Source: Trichosphaerium sp. ATCC 40318 (taxonomy: Eukaryota; Protista; Tubulinea). Taken from it: a stretch of DNA of 64,000 nucleotides. The first letter of the stretch is position 1. Every line of letters begins with the position of its first letter. The stretch covers positions 62,001-126,000 of the forward strand of contig JALMLS010000451.1 in NCBI GenBank assembly GCA_038496445.1, written 5' to 3'. Below, piece by piece: positions 52,568-64,000 of the stretch. Under the pieces are notes generated by a model. The model searched no databases. It was not told the origin of the DNA and was given only the letters and a program-made list of their open reading frames with translations. Position numbers and translations under genes: made by a program.

Positions 52568-53632
52568 TCAACTGGATAATTCTGCCTTGTAAGACGCACT
52601 CTTTTTGTCCTTGAATGTTTTGACAACTTGGTGATACAAGCCAGCCATACCACCACCAATTGTAGGTGCGACCAAATAGATGTAAATGTACCTAAGTTAT
52701 TAGAATGTAGCTCACTGAAAAACAGAACGCACTTTGCGGTGGCTCCTTCACCCTTATTGTTTCCTGCCATGATATGTACTAGGGTTGTACCAATACTAAA
52801 TGCTGGGTTGAATACAGCACCTGAAACATTACCTGTGTCGAAGTATAAGATAGTTTGATACGGAAAATATTGCTTACTGAAAAGTGCATTTCCCACTACA
52901 TACACCAAGCCAAGAGTAAACCCATAAAAGGCACGGGGTTTTGTAGGGTGCTTGAATTGTATTGGATTAGTTTGAACTTAGTGGCTCTGTACCTGAAGGG
53001 TATGTGTTGCTGCTGATGCTTCGATAAAGCTCCATAAGAGTTCAACAACAAACGCCTGTTATGTCAGTTATTAGCAATTTAATGTGCGTCTTTCGTACAT
53101 GATACCACTTAAACAGCGGTCCTGGACCTGGTGCATAGGTGTGATCAAATAGGCCATACACAAGCCAACCAGAACAAAAAGCAGCAGCGGTATGTATGCC
53201 TAAATAGGATGAGTGCGTTAAAATGATCACGCGAAGCGAACTTACCGACGTATATGATAGCATGCAGCCAGTCTACTTTGGCACTTATCAACAATGCCAG
53301 TGTATTCGCAGGATTATAATGAGCTGTTTCCGTTTTAAAACTAATTAGAATAGAATCCATAAAACGTACCACCAGACACATGGCCACCAATAAACGTCAA
53401 TAATACGCGACTGAATCCAATTCTGTGGAAATGTCATTAAAAAAGACATGATGAATGTCACGTGCGCGAAAGGAGCTGATAGTGCGTTCATATGCATAGG
53501 TACAAGAGCATGTACAGAATTAATCGTAAGTACAAAGAAAAAAGTGCCTAAACATAATGAATTCTTTATCTAGCTGTTTTGGGACATACCAAAGGCCTCC
53601 ATCATTAACGCTGCTACATTTATTCTACCCAT
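52568..53632 (-). CDS. Aquaporin (MIP family)
   Basis: EAFGTFF, SGAHYNPA, VVELL, SGAVFNPAF; six hydrophobic segments. Confidence 0.92.
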
Positions 53633-53897
53633 AGCGAGCCTTTGTTTGATTTTCAGCTTTCAGTGCTTAAACAATAACAACGCACCACTTAATCGCTTGA
53701 GAGCGATTTATTGTTTTATTTTTTCGAATTTACAGTTGTTTAATCACGTGACACGTGAAAATGAAAATGTTTTTGGTTTTTGCTTTTGCACCACATAACC
53801 ACAAACACACCGCATTTACAGTTAAAAAAAAATACAGAACGTGAGTTTCATGTAGTAAGAAGTAAGGAACATCCAATTATCTCAATAATATAAATAT

Positions 53898-55404
53898 TTA
53901 CATTTGTAAACCGTGCGCCTTCATAAATGTCCTCTTAGCGCCCTTGTTCACATTTTTGACATTAGCATGAACTACAAAAAGAGTTATAAAAATAATTCAA
54001 AAAAAACGAAAAAGAACGAGTAAATAGAACTTGAGACGTACCAGTATCCGATGTCCCCACAGCAGATTCAAGCATGAGCATATCTAATAATTATTAGCTC
54101 TATATACCAGTACATGAGGGTGTTTTTGAGGAACACGTACCACGCTCATATTTTGCTGCCTTCATTCTTTGCTTGGCAATTTTTTTTTGTGTTTTGTACA
54201 ATGTTTTGAGTTGCTTTGCGTGATACTTTGCTTCGTATTTATCTTGCTTTGCTTTGTCAATCAAAGGACCCAATTCAGGTGTAGGTATCCCTTCAGACTT
54301 TTCACGCTTTGTGGGTTCCATCGTCATTTCACTACATGGATTTTTAGTGCTCCTGCAAAGGGACTAAAGCGAAAAAAAAAACACCCAACTTACACAAAAG
54401 GAGTATTAAGTTGCCCTGGGCGAGACCCGCTAAAATCAGACAACGAACGTCTACTTTTCATTTTTTTCAAGTTTCTAGAAGGGCTATTCTCTCTATCTAA
54501 TGTCATTAAACCTAGAATAAACACTAAGCTTGATTGCTAGACTGTGTAGAGGGGTTTTTTTGGTTTTCTCCTTTGGATCTCAAATGTACCTGTTTCGGTT
54601 CTTGAAGTTTTAAGCATTAATTCTTCTGGTGAAATTTCTAGCGTAGAAGCCGTTATTGGCTTCCCTTTGTATACTTCGGGATATAGTTCATTATACAATT
54701 GGGGCTGAATGTCTGTTTCACTATGAGTTGCTCTGCTTGGGATATCGTTGGTGCTATTTGCTCTTCCAGGTTCTTTTACTGATTTTGCTCGTTTTTTGAT
54801 CGACGAGCCTCTTGCAGCATCCTCTGCTTCGGCTATCCTATTTAATCTGCGTCTCCTCGCAGTTTGTTTTGATGATCTAGGTCGTCCTGATAATGTTCTT
54901 CCTGACGGTGATGATAAGCTAGCGCTGGGTACTACTGCAAAAAAAATTGTTTTGTATTTGTAAATAAAATCGTTTTGGCTAAACAACTAGAACAGCGAGT
55001 GCACGCACTTCTACTAGTTACATTAGAGTCGTCACTGGATCCAGTAGTCCGGAATTCACGTTTACCACGTTTTCTTCTCGGAGACTTGGAAGAGGACCTC
55101 ATGGTTGATGCGCGTACTCTTTTTGGCACTAATAAGAAGTTTGAGTAAAAGTATTGTTGTTACAATGTACAGGAGAAATACCTGCTATGAACCGTTTAAT
55201 TTGACCTGTGTATACATCAGGGACGTCGTTCTCCAGCATGTCGAATTTAACCCCGTCTACATAGGCGAACAATTTGGCATTGCGGACACCAAGAGTCTTC
55301 TTTAGAGACTCTAAATCGTCAAACGATCCCCTCGGCACCACAATAACTCGTTTATCGCGAGTCTGCGCATCCAACAAAGTAAGTGATAGCGTAGCTGTAG
55401 CCAT
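53898..55404 (-). CDS. Hypothetical protein (small N-terminal globular domain, Ser/Arg-rich middle, coiled C-terminus)
   Basis: ORFs 55129..55407, 54932..55129, 54537..54986 and 54100..54327 joinable by GT-AG introns. Confidence 0.6.
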
Positions 55405-55556
55405 CACCGTATTTCACTACTCAAGCGCTACTATAGCACGTGCGGGCTTCAACCAGAAAAAAAAATAAGTTATCTAAACTGCGTTTCCCCTCACTTAATG
55501 AGAATCACATCATGCTTCATTATTACGCCATCATACAACCATGTAAGGACAGCACG

Positions 55557-55770
55557 CATCCAATTATAGAAAAGCCATTGGCCCTTGAAATACGGCTCGT
55601 AATATAATTGTAGTATTTGACGTACTATGGGATGAATCTTTAATTAGATTAGCCTTTCAGGGCAGGCATTATTGTTTTCTCTGGCCTTCCGTGAATGGAA
55701 AACAGAGCGATGGTCGGGCTACTCCGGCGCGGAGTATTCTCGGCCTGTGTCCTAAATTCGCAAGAATATG
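55557..55770. ncRNA. Candidate structured non-coding RNA, family unidentified
   Basis: Dense nested inverted repeats in intergenic DNA (see findings). Confidence 0.3.
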
Positions 55771-55964
55771 CTTTGTCACGTGCATAGTTTCGCGTACAGT
55801 ACACCTTAATTTTCTGGAGTTCTAGATACCCAAGTAGTTTATCATAAATGTTGTGGGAAAGTTCAACTTTATTAAAAGTCTAGATTTTCACGCAAAAAGG
55901 GGTAAGATACATTTTTTTTGTTTGTAAAAATAAAAGAGCTGGTGTGAGTAACTCACTGTAACGC

Positions 55965-56949
55965 TCAATCGTCAAAGTTGACATCTATTTCAACTACTTC
56001 TACCTCTGGTAATTTATCAGCGCCATTTGCAGTACCTACACGCTGTCAAAAAACAAAGTTGTAATTACCACTTACCATTGGCCGCTGGCTGTTTAGGTGC
56101 AGGTTTTGTATTGACTGGCTCAGTAGGAGCCTTGGAGGGTGGTTCTGGCTATGGATTAGTGTCATACGGCATGTCATGATACATACCAGAACCACCTGAA
56201 GGTGGAGGAGGAGTGGAGGCATCAGCAGCGCTCACTTCATCGAATTGAGGACCCTTGAAAGTGGAGATATGTTTTGCTTGTTTTGCAAATACGGAAAGGC
56301 CACTCAGTACCTACATTTGGTCAAAAACCATTACTTGTATGGGGTAAGCGTAGTGTTAAGTGGATGTTAGTGGAGTGTTAAATCTACTTACAGCATTCAT
56401 GTTTTTGGCTTCAAAAAGGTCAACTGTCCTGCTCGTTGTTAGCGGTTGTAGGAATAATGACGTGTAATGTACATAAACATAGATCGATCACGTAGGCCCA
56501 ATCTGCCACATCCCTTCAAAAAGTGATTTATATTTTCCTACGCGTCCAAGATAAGCTGGGTGACTATGAAACTGATAGTACCATCTTTTGAAAAGGAGCG
56601 CGAGGCTTTTTGTGATAGCGGCGTATAACGCTTGGGCGAATTTTGTTGATAACCCTAAAATGGTGTTTTTAGTGCATCTTCACAACAGTACGAACCTGAC
56701 AAGTATAACGCCATCTTGAAGTGAAGAATGAAAATCAGACGGAAACTTATAGCCTACAACTCGTTCCATCCACGCCTGTAAGTGCTTTTCTAGCTCCCTA
56801 TGCGCCTTAGTCACTAATTTGCCATTATTGGTACACATACTTGTCATAATTAGCCAGTTGCTTGTCTTTGACATCTTTAGATAACCCTATACAGTATTAG
56901 TGCGTTACAGACTATCTAACAAACCGTAATTTGGTCCGTGTGTTGCCAT
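55965..56949 (-). CDS. Calponin/transgelin-like CH-domain protein with Pro-rich tail
   Basis: GPNYGLS, QAWME, SLQDGVIL, PFQKMENI, MFMTVDLFEAKN. Confidence 0.9.
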
Positions 56950-57111
56950 TTTCTTCGCTTAATCGTGTAATATCTTTGTACAGAACCCGTTTGTTATTTA
57001 CTACTGTTTTGTTTGCCCAAATATGACTTAATTGCCTCAAGTAAAAACGTTAAAAATCGTTGACGGCTTTAATAATAACCCGTTTATTATACACTTTGTT
57101 CATTTATTACA

Positions 57112-60100
57112 ATGTCAAGTGAAGAAACAGCGTCGGGCGAAGACCTGAGTAGCATAAAGGTACCAACAGACACCGCCCAGGACACAGAAGAACCAACGGA
57201 CGCTATTGAGGATACCGAAGATGAACAGTCTGAAACAGAGGATGAACAAAGTGATACCGACAGTGTTAATGCTGACGACGATGAAGACGATGAATCTGAT
57301 GACGACGGTTACGAAGAGCCCATAATTACACCACGAACTACAATTGACAGCGAGAAGCCGGATAAAAAAGAAGCTGATAGCCATTTGCTCTCTGCTCACT
57401 ATAGTACGCTTAAAAACAGCTTATTACAAGTTGTCTAAAAAAAAACCAATTTAGATGCCAGTTATATGGACCCAGATGAACCTCAGCCTTCTCGAGCGTT
57501 CTACGACGAAACAATTTACGTAAGTGATTGGCGAAAACGTCAAAAATGACACCTGTTAGATTGAACGCCCAGGGCTCGTTTCTTTGTTTGATACAAAATC
57601 GAAAGACGACGAAACAGACGGCGAAGAACTGGACGATATGGAGGTACTAAGAAAATGCTAGTATTGTTTACTCATTGTACAAAGTCTGGTATCAAGACTG
57701 CGAAAGCGAAGGACACAGAGGATTCACCACCACAAAAGAAAGGCTCAAAATTTGGCACATGGGATGGCGTATTTGTACGCGTTTATTTTAGAAAGAGCAC
57801 GCGATTGTTAACGTCATTGTTAGGCGTCCTGTTTGCTCAATATCTTTGGCGTTATTATGTTCATTAGGCTTGGTTGGGTAGTTGGACAGGCCGGAATTCT
57901 TCAAGCGACCATTATCATCTTACTCTCTACCGTTGTTACTACAGTACGACCACAAAGGTTTTTTTTTCACCTGAAGATCTCACCTTAAAAAAAGATCACA
58001 ACCCTTTCGATGAGTGCTATTAGTACAAATGGTGAAATCAAAGGAGGTGGACCATATTACTTAATTTCTCGATCTCTTGGCCCACAATTTGGTGGTGCTA
58101 TCGGCATGCTGATTTCGGTACTTTGAATAACTTACACCGCTGTTTGTTAATTATAATAGATTGGCCAAGCAATTGCTGTGGCATTGTACCTGGTTGGTTT
58201 CGCCGAAACCTTAACGCAAGTAATGCGTGACGACTTGGTATGCAAAGCGTTTGCACACGTGGGTACCTAACTTTGCAATAGAACTTCAAGCTCACTGCAA
58301 TTGAATTATGGGATGTTCGCTTGTACGGTCTTGGCGCTGAAGTAATTCTCATGATTATGGCAATCATTGGCGTAGGATGGGTCATAAAGGTAATTTAAAG
58401 GAGAAAATGTTTTACCTAACACTTGTTGGAGGTACAATTAGGATTACTAGTAGTGCTTGTACTTGCTATTTTTTCGATCATGATTGGTTCATTCTTATTT
58501 ACCACACCTGACACAGGTACCTCTAATATCACGAATGTACTCGCTTACTTTATAAAGGATTTGTTGGTTGGGGTAATAATCAATTTACAACAAATTTCGG
58601 GTATGTAATTGGGTAATACTTTGTCGTCTCATACAACATCTAGGTCAGGATACACCGATGGAGAATCATTCTTTTCTGTTTTCGCTGTTTTCTTTCCAGC
58701 TGTAACAGGTATCTTGGCTGGTGTGAATATCTCTGGAGACCTAAAAGATCCGGCAACAAACATCCCAACAGGAACACTCAGTGCAATTGGTGTATCAACC
58801 GTTGGGTATGATTTTCAAGCACTACATTGTACACTTACACTATATAGATATATTGTGCTTGCATTCTTTGCTGGTATCTCTGTAGAACGTGAAGTATCTC
58901 CTGGCCGTGGCGGGTTAATAAATGATTTTCTAATCTTTAGAGAAGTGTCTTTGTGGGGACCACTCATTTTAATTGGTAGGATACTCTTTCCGTTCTGACA
59001 AAGACTCACACTTTGTAGGTATTTTTGCTGCTACGCTTTCATCCGCATTAGCATCACTTGTGGGTGCACCTAGAATATTCCAAGTACGTGCAACCAAAAC
59101 AAGCTGCGCTGACCACTCGCTTAGGCTGTTTGCAAAGACAAACTTTTCCCAAAGCCATTTAAAGTATTTGCTGCTGGTCGTGGTGCTCTTGACGAACCTA
59201 TCCGCGGTTATTTCCTTACGTTTGTTATTGCATCTTTATGTGTACTCATTGGTACGTGTATCACTCGGAAAGGGTTCTAGCTAACAACATTGCAGGCGAC
59301 TTGAATCTAATCGCACCTATCATTTCCATGTTCTTTATGATCACTTATGCATTGATCAACTTTGCTTGTTTCGCTGCAAGTATGGTTGAGACTCCAGGTT
59401 GGAGACCTCGTTTCAGTTTCTACAATCCTTGGGTATCCCTACTGGGAGCTGCTCTATGCATAGCTGCCATGTTCCTTATTTCATGGTACGTTAATGATAG
59501 CTTAGAATGCCTCCTAATATATGTAGGTGGAACGCGTTGATAGCTATAATTGTCGGCGGGTTACTGTACTTATACATTTGGAAAAAGAAACCTGATGTAT
59601 CATGGGGTCCAGCTGGAGATGCCTTCCTAACTTCTCAGACTATTCAAAATCTCTACAGCCTCCGCAAAAAGAAGTCTCATGTCAAAAATTACAGGTACCA
59701 CAACGTTAGTGTTTACATTTTTCTTACAATTTTTAGGCCACATTACTTGATCATGACAGGTCCAATAAAGGAACATGTAGAATTAATGGAGTTCAGTAGA
59801 TTCTTAACAAAAGGCAAAGGTCTCAATCTATTTATTAACGTCACCCTTGGAGACTACTCTGACGATAAGAAAAAGTTCTTAAAAGAGCGTGGTGATGGAT
59901 ATTTGGCCAGTAAAAGTGTACTTCATCTTTTTAGTCTTTAAAATTATTGACGCACATACAAGATAAAAGGATTCCGTGATGTCGTTGTAGCACCATCTTT
60001 CCGTGCAGGTGCCTTAAGTGCTATGCAAAATGGTGGACTTGGCAGCTTGAGACCAAACGCACTTGTACTAGGTATGTATCAATTGTAATAACGTGTTAGT

Positions 60101-60974
60101 TAAAAACGAATTAGGATGGAAGTACAATTGGCGTAAAGCAAGCAAACAAGAACGTGATGAGTACGCAGATGTTGTACGGGACGCTTTTGGCCTGAACATG
60201 TCCGTTATTATCCCTAAAGTGAAGGAAATGGATTTTACAGTTAAGCAGAAAAAAGGACGTATTGATGTGTGGTGGCTTATTGGTATGCATCTTACTCTAT
60301 TCGTTACAAAGTCGGTTTATCGCTGACCCTTTCTGTAGCTGATGGTGGGTTTACTGTATTCGTTCCTTACCTAATGGCACAGAAGAAGTGGTTTGCAGGC
60401 TCGAAATTGCGTGTTATTATTGTGCCTAACGATTCAGCACAAATTTCAAAAGAACTTCTTTCCATGACACTTCTACTGAAGAAAATGCGTATAGACTGTG
60501 AAGTTGAACCTGTTAGCGTATGTTCAGTTGCCTGATCAATATGTGAACTCAGTTTTTTATGTAGGTTGATGCTTCAAGAGAACAAGACGCAAAGATGCGA
60601 GCATACATCAAAAAGAAGAAACTGAAGTTTGACCCAAAACAAAAAGAAAGGGTGAGTTTACAACAATGACATTTCTTCTTCTTCCCAGTTTAAACACGAA
60701 CCGTTACTTACAATAAATACAATAGACAATACGTTATTGGAGACTGAGTCAACTCCTTCAAGAGCACTCATCAGATGCGTCAATGGTATTTTGTACAATT
60801 CCTTTCCCTCGTGCCACTATTCCATCAAGAACGTGGCTTGGATGGTACGTCATGTGCTATTACATTTGTTTATACTAAACACTACAATTTAGGATAAGCA
60901 TGCTTTCTGAGCAGTTACCACCTATTGTATTCTTAAGAGGAAACCAAGAGAATGTATTTACTATTTACTTGTAA
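57112..60974 (+). CDS. SLC12 cation-chloride cotransporter (NKCC/NCC-like)
   Basis: [93 protein letters not shown]. Confidence 0.95.
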
Positions 60975-61256
60975 CGTGGAATAAATACTCTGTCACTTGC
61001 ATTTCAAATCTTTGCGTTTTTGCAATTTGTGTACTCTCACGTGGCATAAACAAACCAAGCAAATACAAAATGCCAAAGGCGTTTGTTATACGATAGTTTA
61101 AAAAGCAACAAGTTGCACGCCCAAGCCTTAACTCAGAGACCCTGCTTAATTTTTCGTCAAGTCCTTTTTTTTTAAGTCCTGAGATTAATACAGCGATATT
61201 GGTACGTTTGGTGGTGTTTTGAGTGGTTATCTCACTAATCGAAGTAGAAGAAGCAG

Positions 61257-62442
61257 ATGGCAAACTATTTTAGAGATCTCGGTAAAAAGCCTCAAGGTAC
61301 GCGTATTAATGGTTTCTTGTACTAAAATGTTTCGTAGACTTGTTTAAAAAGAACTTTCCAGTCGATGGAACCAGTTTTGAGGTTACCACCAAAACTGACG
61401 GCAAAGTCGTACGTACAAATAATTAAGGCAAAAATTTCAAAACAGCTCATCTGGCGCGAAATAGGACTTCAAAGCAGTTGGCAGAAGAGTTGCTAAGGAT
61501 AACGCTGTAAGCGCTGACCTCGAGCTCTCCAAAAAATTTTCTGAACACGGCATTCAAGTGAAAGGATCCGCAAAAACAGTAAAAGAATTTGTTGGTGAGC
61601 ATTGAATACCGAGCAAACGTTTTTTAACGATAAACAACAGGTGAAGTCAATTGTCAACCAAAGGCAGTCAAAGACCTCAAACTTATCGTAAAGGCCGAGC
61701 ACAAGAAACAAGCTCTCGGAATTAAAGTCGCTGCTGAGTACAAACACGAAGTTGCCTCTATCCACACCGAAGCTTCATTGTCTCCATCTAAGGGACAACA
61801 CAACTTCTACGCTGGTATTGCTTTCGCCTACGAAGCCTTTACTTTGGGTTTGGACGGTAACTACAAATTCGGTAAAAAAAGCGCTCCAGGTATGTTGAAT
61901 ATTGTTGTTGGACCTTTTGTAACCCTTTCATAAGGTAACTACGGTGCCAAGCTCGACTACAGCGCAAAATCGTGGTCTGTAACCGGTTTCGGGTACTTTC
62001 AGTCTTAGTGTACTTTTTCTTGCTCACTTTACTTCTTTTAGTCGCCACGAATTGGCCAAAGACGAAAGTGCCAAAGATAAAGATGTTGTCGGACTTAACT
62101 TCTTGCACAAACACTCTGACGCCATCCACGTCGCTGCTGAAGTTGAAGCTAATGTAGCTGACAACCAATTGCCTGTTGCCGTTAAATTCGGTGGAAAATA
62201 CGACTTGGAAGATGACTCCACCATTTACGCCAAGTTTGTATCCTCTGGAAGGTGAGTGCTTGTTACCGCAGTTATTTGGCCTTTTTTACACCAGAAAACT
62301 TTTTGCTTATTTTTTGTACAGATTCGCTGTCTCATGGGACCAACAAGTGCGCAAGAACCTTAAGATGATCCTTGCTGCTGATGTAAGCTTGACTGATGAA
62401 TCACACAAATACGGCTGTGGCTTCAAATTCTCAACTGAATAA
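61257..62442 (+). CDS. Mitochondrial outer-membrane porin (VDAC-like)
   Basis: N-terminal YFRDLGKKPQDLFKK, alternating beta-strand pattern, KFGGKYDLE, C-terminal HKYGCGFKF. Confidence 0.85.
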
Positions 62443-62743
62443 ATTGCTCTCAAACGTGAAATTTCACTTGCCATTTACGTTACGTGTGTATGCAATTTAC
62501 TAATAAACGCCTTCTTATTATTAAATCTATTGTTGTCATGTAAACTATTGATCAATTTGAAATTTCGTTAAACCTTTAGCGTTGCAACTGTTTAATTCCT
62601 CTTGGAACAAAAAAAAAGGCAGCCGAGGCTGTTTTTAGAAAAGGTAATACAAACTTACGACTGTATCTATTAAAGTCATACATTTACTTATTTAATAGTA
62701 CATTACGCTATTTACAGTGGTAATTTACAAGTGACTGCGTAGT

Positions 62744-63036
62744 TTATGGAAATCGTGCATAGTTGGTGGCGGCAAAATCGCGTTCTACTTCCTTAGTTTT
62801 CAAATAAGTTATCGTCTTTGCAAAAAAGCCTTTATCGCTGCTAGATGAGAAGTTGTTTTGGTTTTCTGTGGGTATAAATTAGTAATCGTTGTAAATAGGG
62901 AATTCTGCGCTGCAAATTGCACTTCAAAGAAATACATACCAGTTATGTTAAAACCATCAGTGGAGGTTTTATTTGCGTCCCAGCCCTGGCGAGAAAAGGT
63001 AAAGAGGCCCCAGCTTTGGTTTGATGTGTTATCCAT
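62744..63036 (-). CDS. Possible small two-exon protein (~70 aa)
   Basis: MDNTSNQSWGLFTFSRQGW..ITE, then after a GT-AG intron ..KGFFAKTITYLKTKEVERDFAATNYARFP*; no recognised family. Confidence 0.35.
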
Positions 63037-63240
63037 TGTTGTTATTGAGGTGTTGTTGTTGTAGCTGTGTAGAATCTAAAATAATGAAACTGTGAACAAC
63101 TAACTGATCCCATGAACGTTATGGACGATATGATTTTGCGAAGAATTACTTCGGTTTTTGATTTTTTAAACCTTCGCTTAGCCCAATTTCGATTAAAGTA
63201 ATACTAAAAAATGGAGTTGTTTTGCGTAGTTTTAGTTTAT

Positions 63241-64000
63241 TTACACTGTAGGCTTATTTCTTCTTTGGTTTTACGCCTTTACTTGGGTCATTAGGATCTT
63301 TCAAAGCTGCGTACAACTCCGGTAGTATGTTATCTAAGTACCTACGCAAATCAGTTAAACAAACCACAGAAAATAATGAATTTCTCCTCCACAAAGAAAT
63401 TTCGCTAATCGTACCAACTAAATGGCTTACAACCCAATTCTTTTTTCAATTTCAATCTCTCTGTTATGTCTCCTACGACAAAGAAAATTAGTATGTATTC
63501 CCAAAACTGCAAGTTTCAGAAAAGTTTTTTTATCATAAACATGCGAAATAAATGCGTTCTTTTCATTTAAAAATACTTTGTAGTTATTTATTAAATCTAG
63601 TTATACGCACCTGGAGATTTTTTGCGAGCGTGAGGGTATTGCGAGTAATAAACTTCCTTGTACTCGTCCAACCAAACTTCTGCAATCCTCATTTTATTCT
63701 TATCAAGCGATTTAGCTTGTCCACCTTTATTTTAGTTAGCACGGAATTTAAAACGTCTACTCGGACCTGGAAAATCGTATGGGAATCCTCCTGATCTGAA
63801 AATATGACCAACATGCGAGCATGGTACTACTACTAGGGTACCTGCGGAGTGTGAGGTTAAAAAAGGTAACATACTAAATCTACCTCCACAAAGCCAGATT
63901 CTCAGAGAAAGTTCAACATTCTCAGCTCCCCAAATGTCCATCTCTCTGTCGAATTCACCAATAATCTTCCAATACTTTGCTGACGCAGCGAAAAGGCCAC
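63241..64000 (-). CDS. Polypeptide N-acetylgalactosaminyltransferase-like (GT27), 3' part only; no ricin domain
   Basis: [60 protein letters not shown]; runs off the window end. Confidence 0.88.

Noticed and set aside
55660-55760. TPP riboswitch, RNase P (GGAAGGCCAGAG on the minus strand), 5S or U2 identity for the structured block
   Set aside because: Only isolated short motifs match and the required partner motifs were not found, so it is left unassigned

Overview
Gene-dense, AT-rich eukaryotic nuclear DNA with about 30 protein-coding genes split by many very short (mostly ~35-60 nt) spliceosomal introns, in the standard genetic code. An amoebozoan protist is inferred from the Shk-type TKL-SH2 kinase, the CPRas-type Zn-finger/vWA protein and the divergent beta-tubulin. 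Housekeeping genes include TMLD/BBOX, CstF-77, a family-A DNA polymerase, amidase, SNIP1, FNTA, SRD5A, beta-tubulin, mitochondrial LeuRS, UBL5, CISD3, ADSL, RING E3, cathepsin L, GNAT, aquaporin, calponin, SLC12, VDAC and a GalNAc-T. The most interesting observations are: (1) two paralogous genes built from an uncharacterised ~65-70 aa tandem repeat with repeated intron positions, one ending in a PD-(D/E)xK-like (Vsr/RAP-type) nuclease domain and one lacking it; (2) an accessory zone at ~15-26 kb with a ~1.4 kb inverted segmental duplication, a MITE-like insertion and decayed intronless giant-virus-like F-box/MORN and HNH-like ORFs; (3) several GC-AG introns and one apparent GG-AG intron; (4) domain novelties: an LRR receptor pseudokinase, a PRC1-like/TKL/SH2 fusion, and a DUF3160 protein with a ubiquitin-like insert; (5) a candidate structured ncRNA at ~55.6 kb. 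All gene models were spliced by hand and no database searches were run, so CDS coordinates are gene spans including introns and some ends are approximate.
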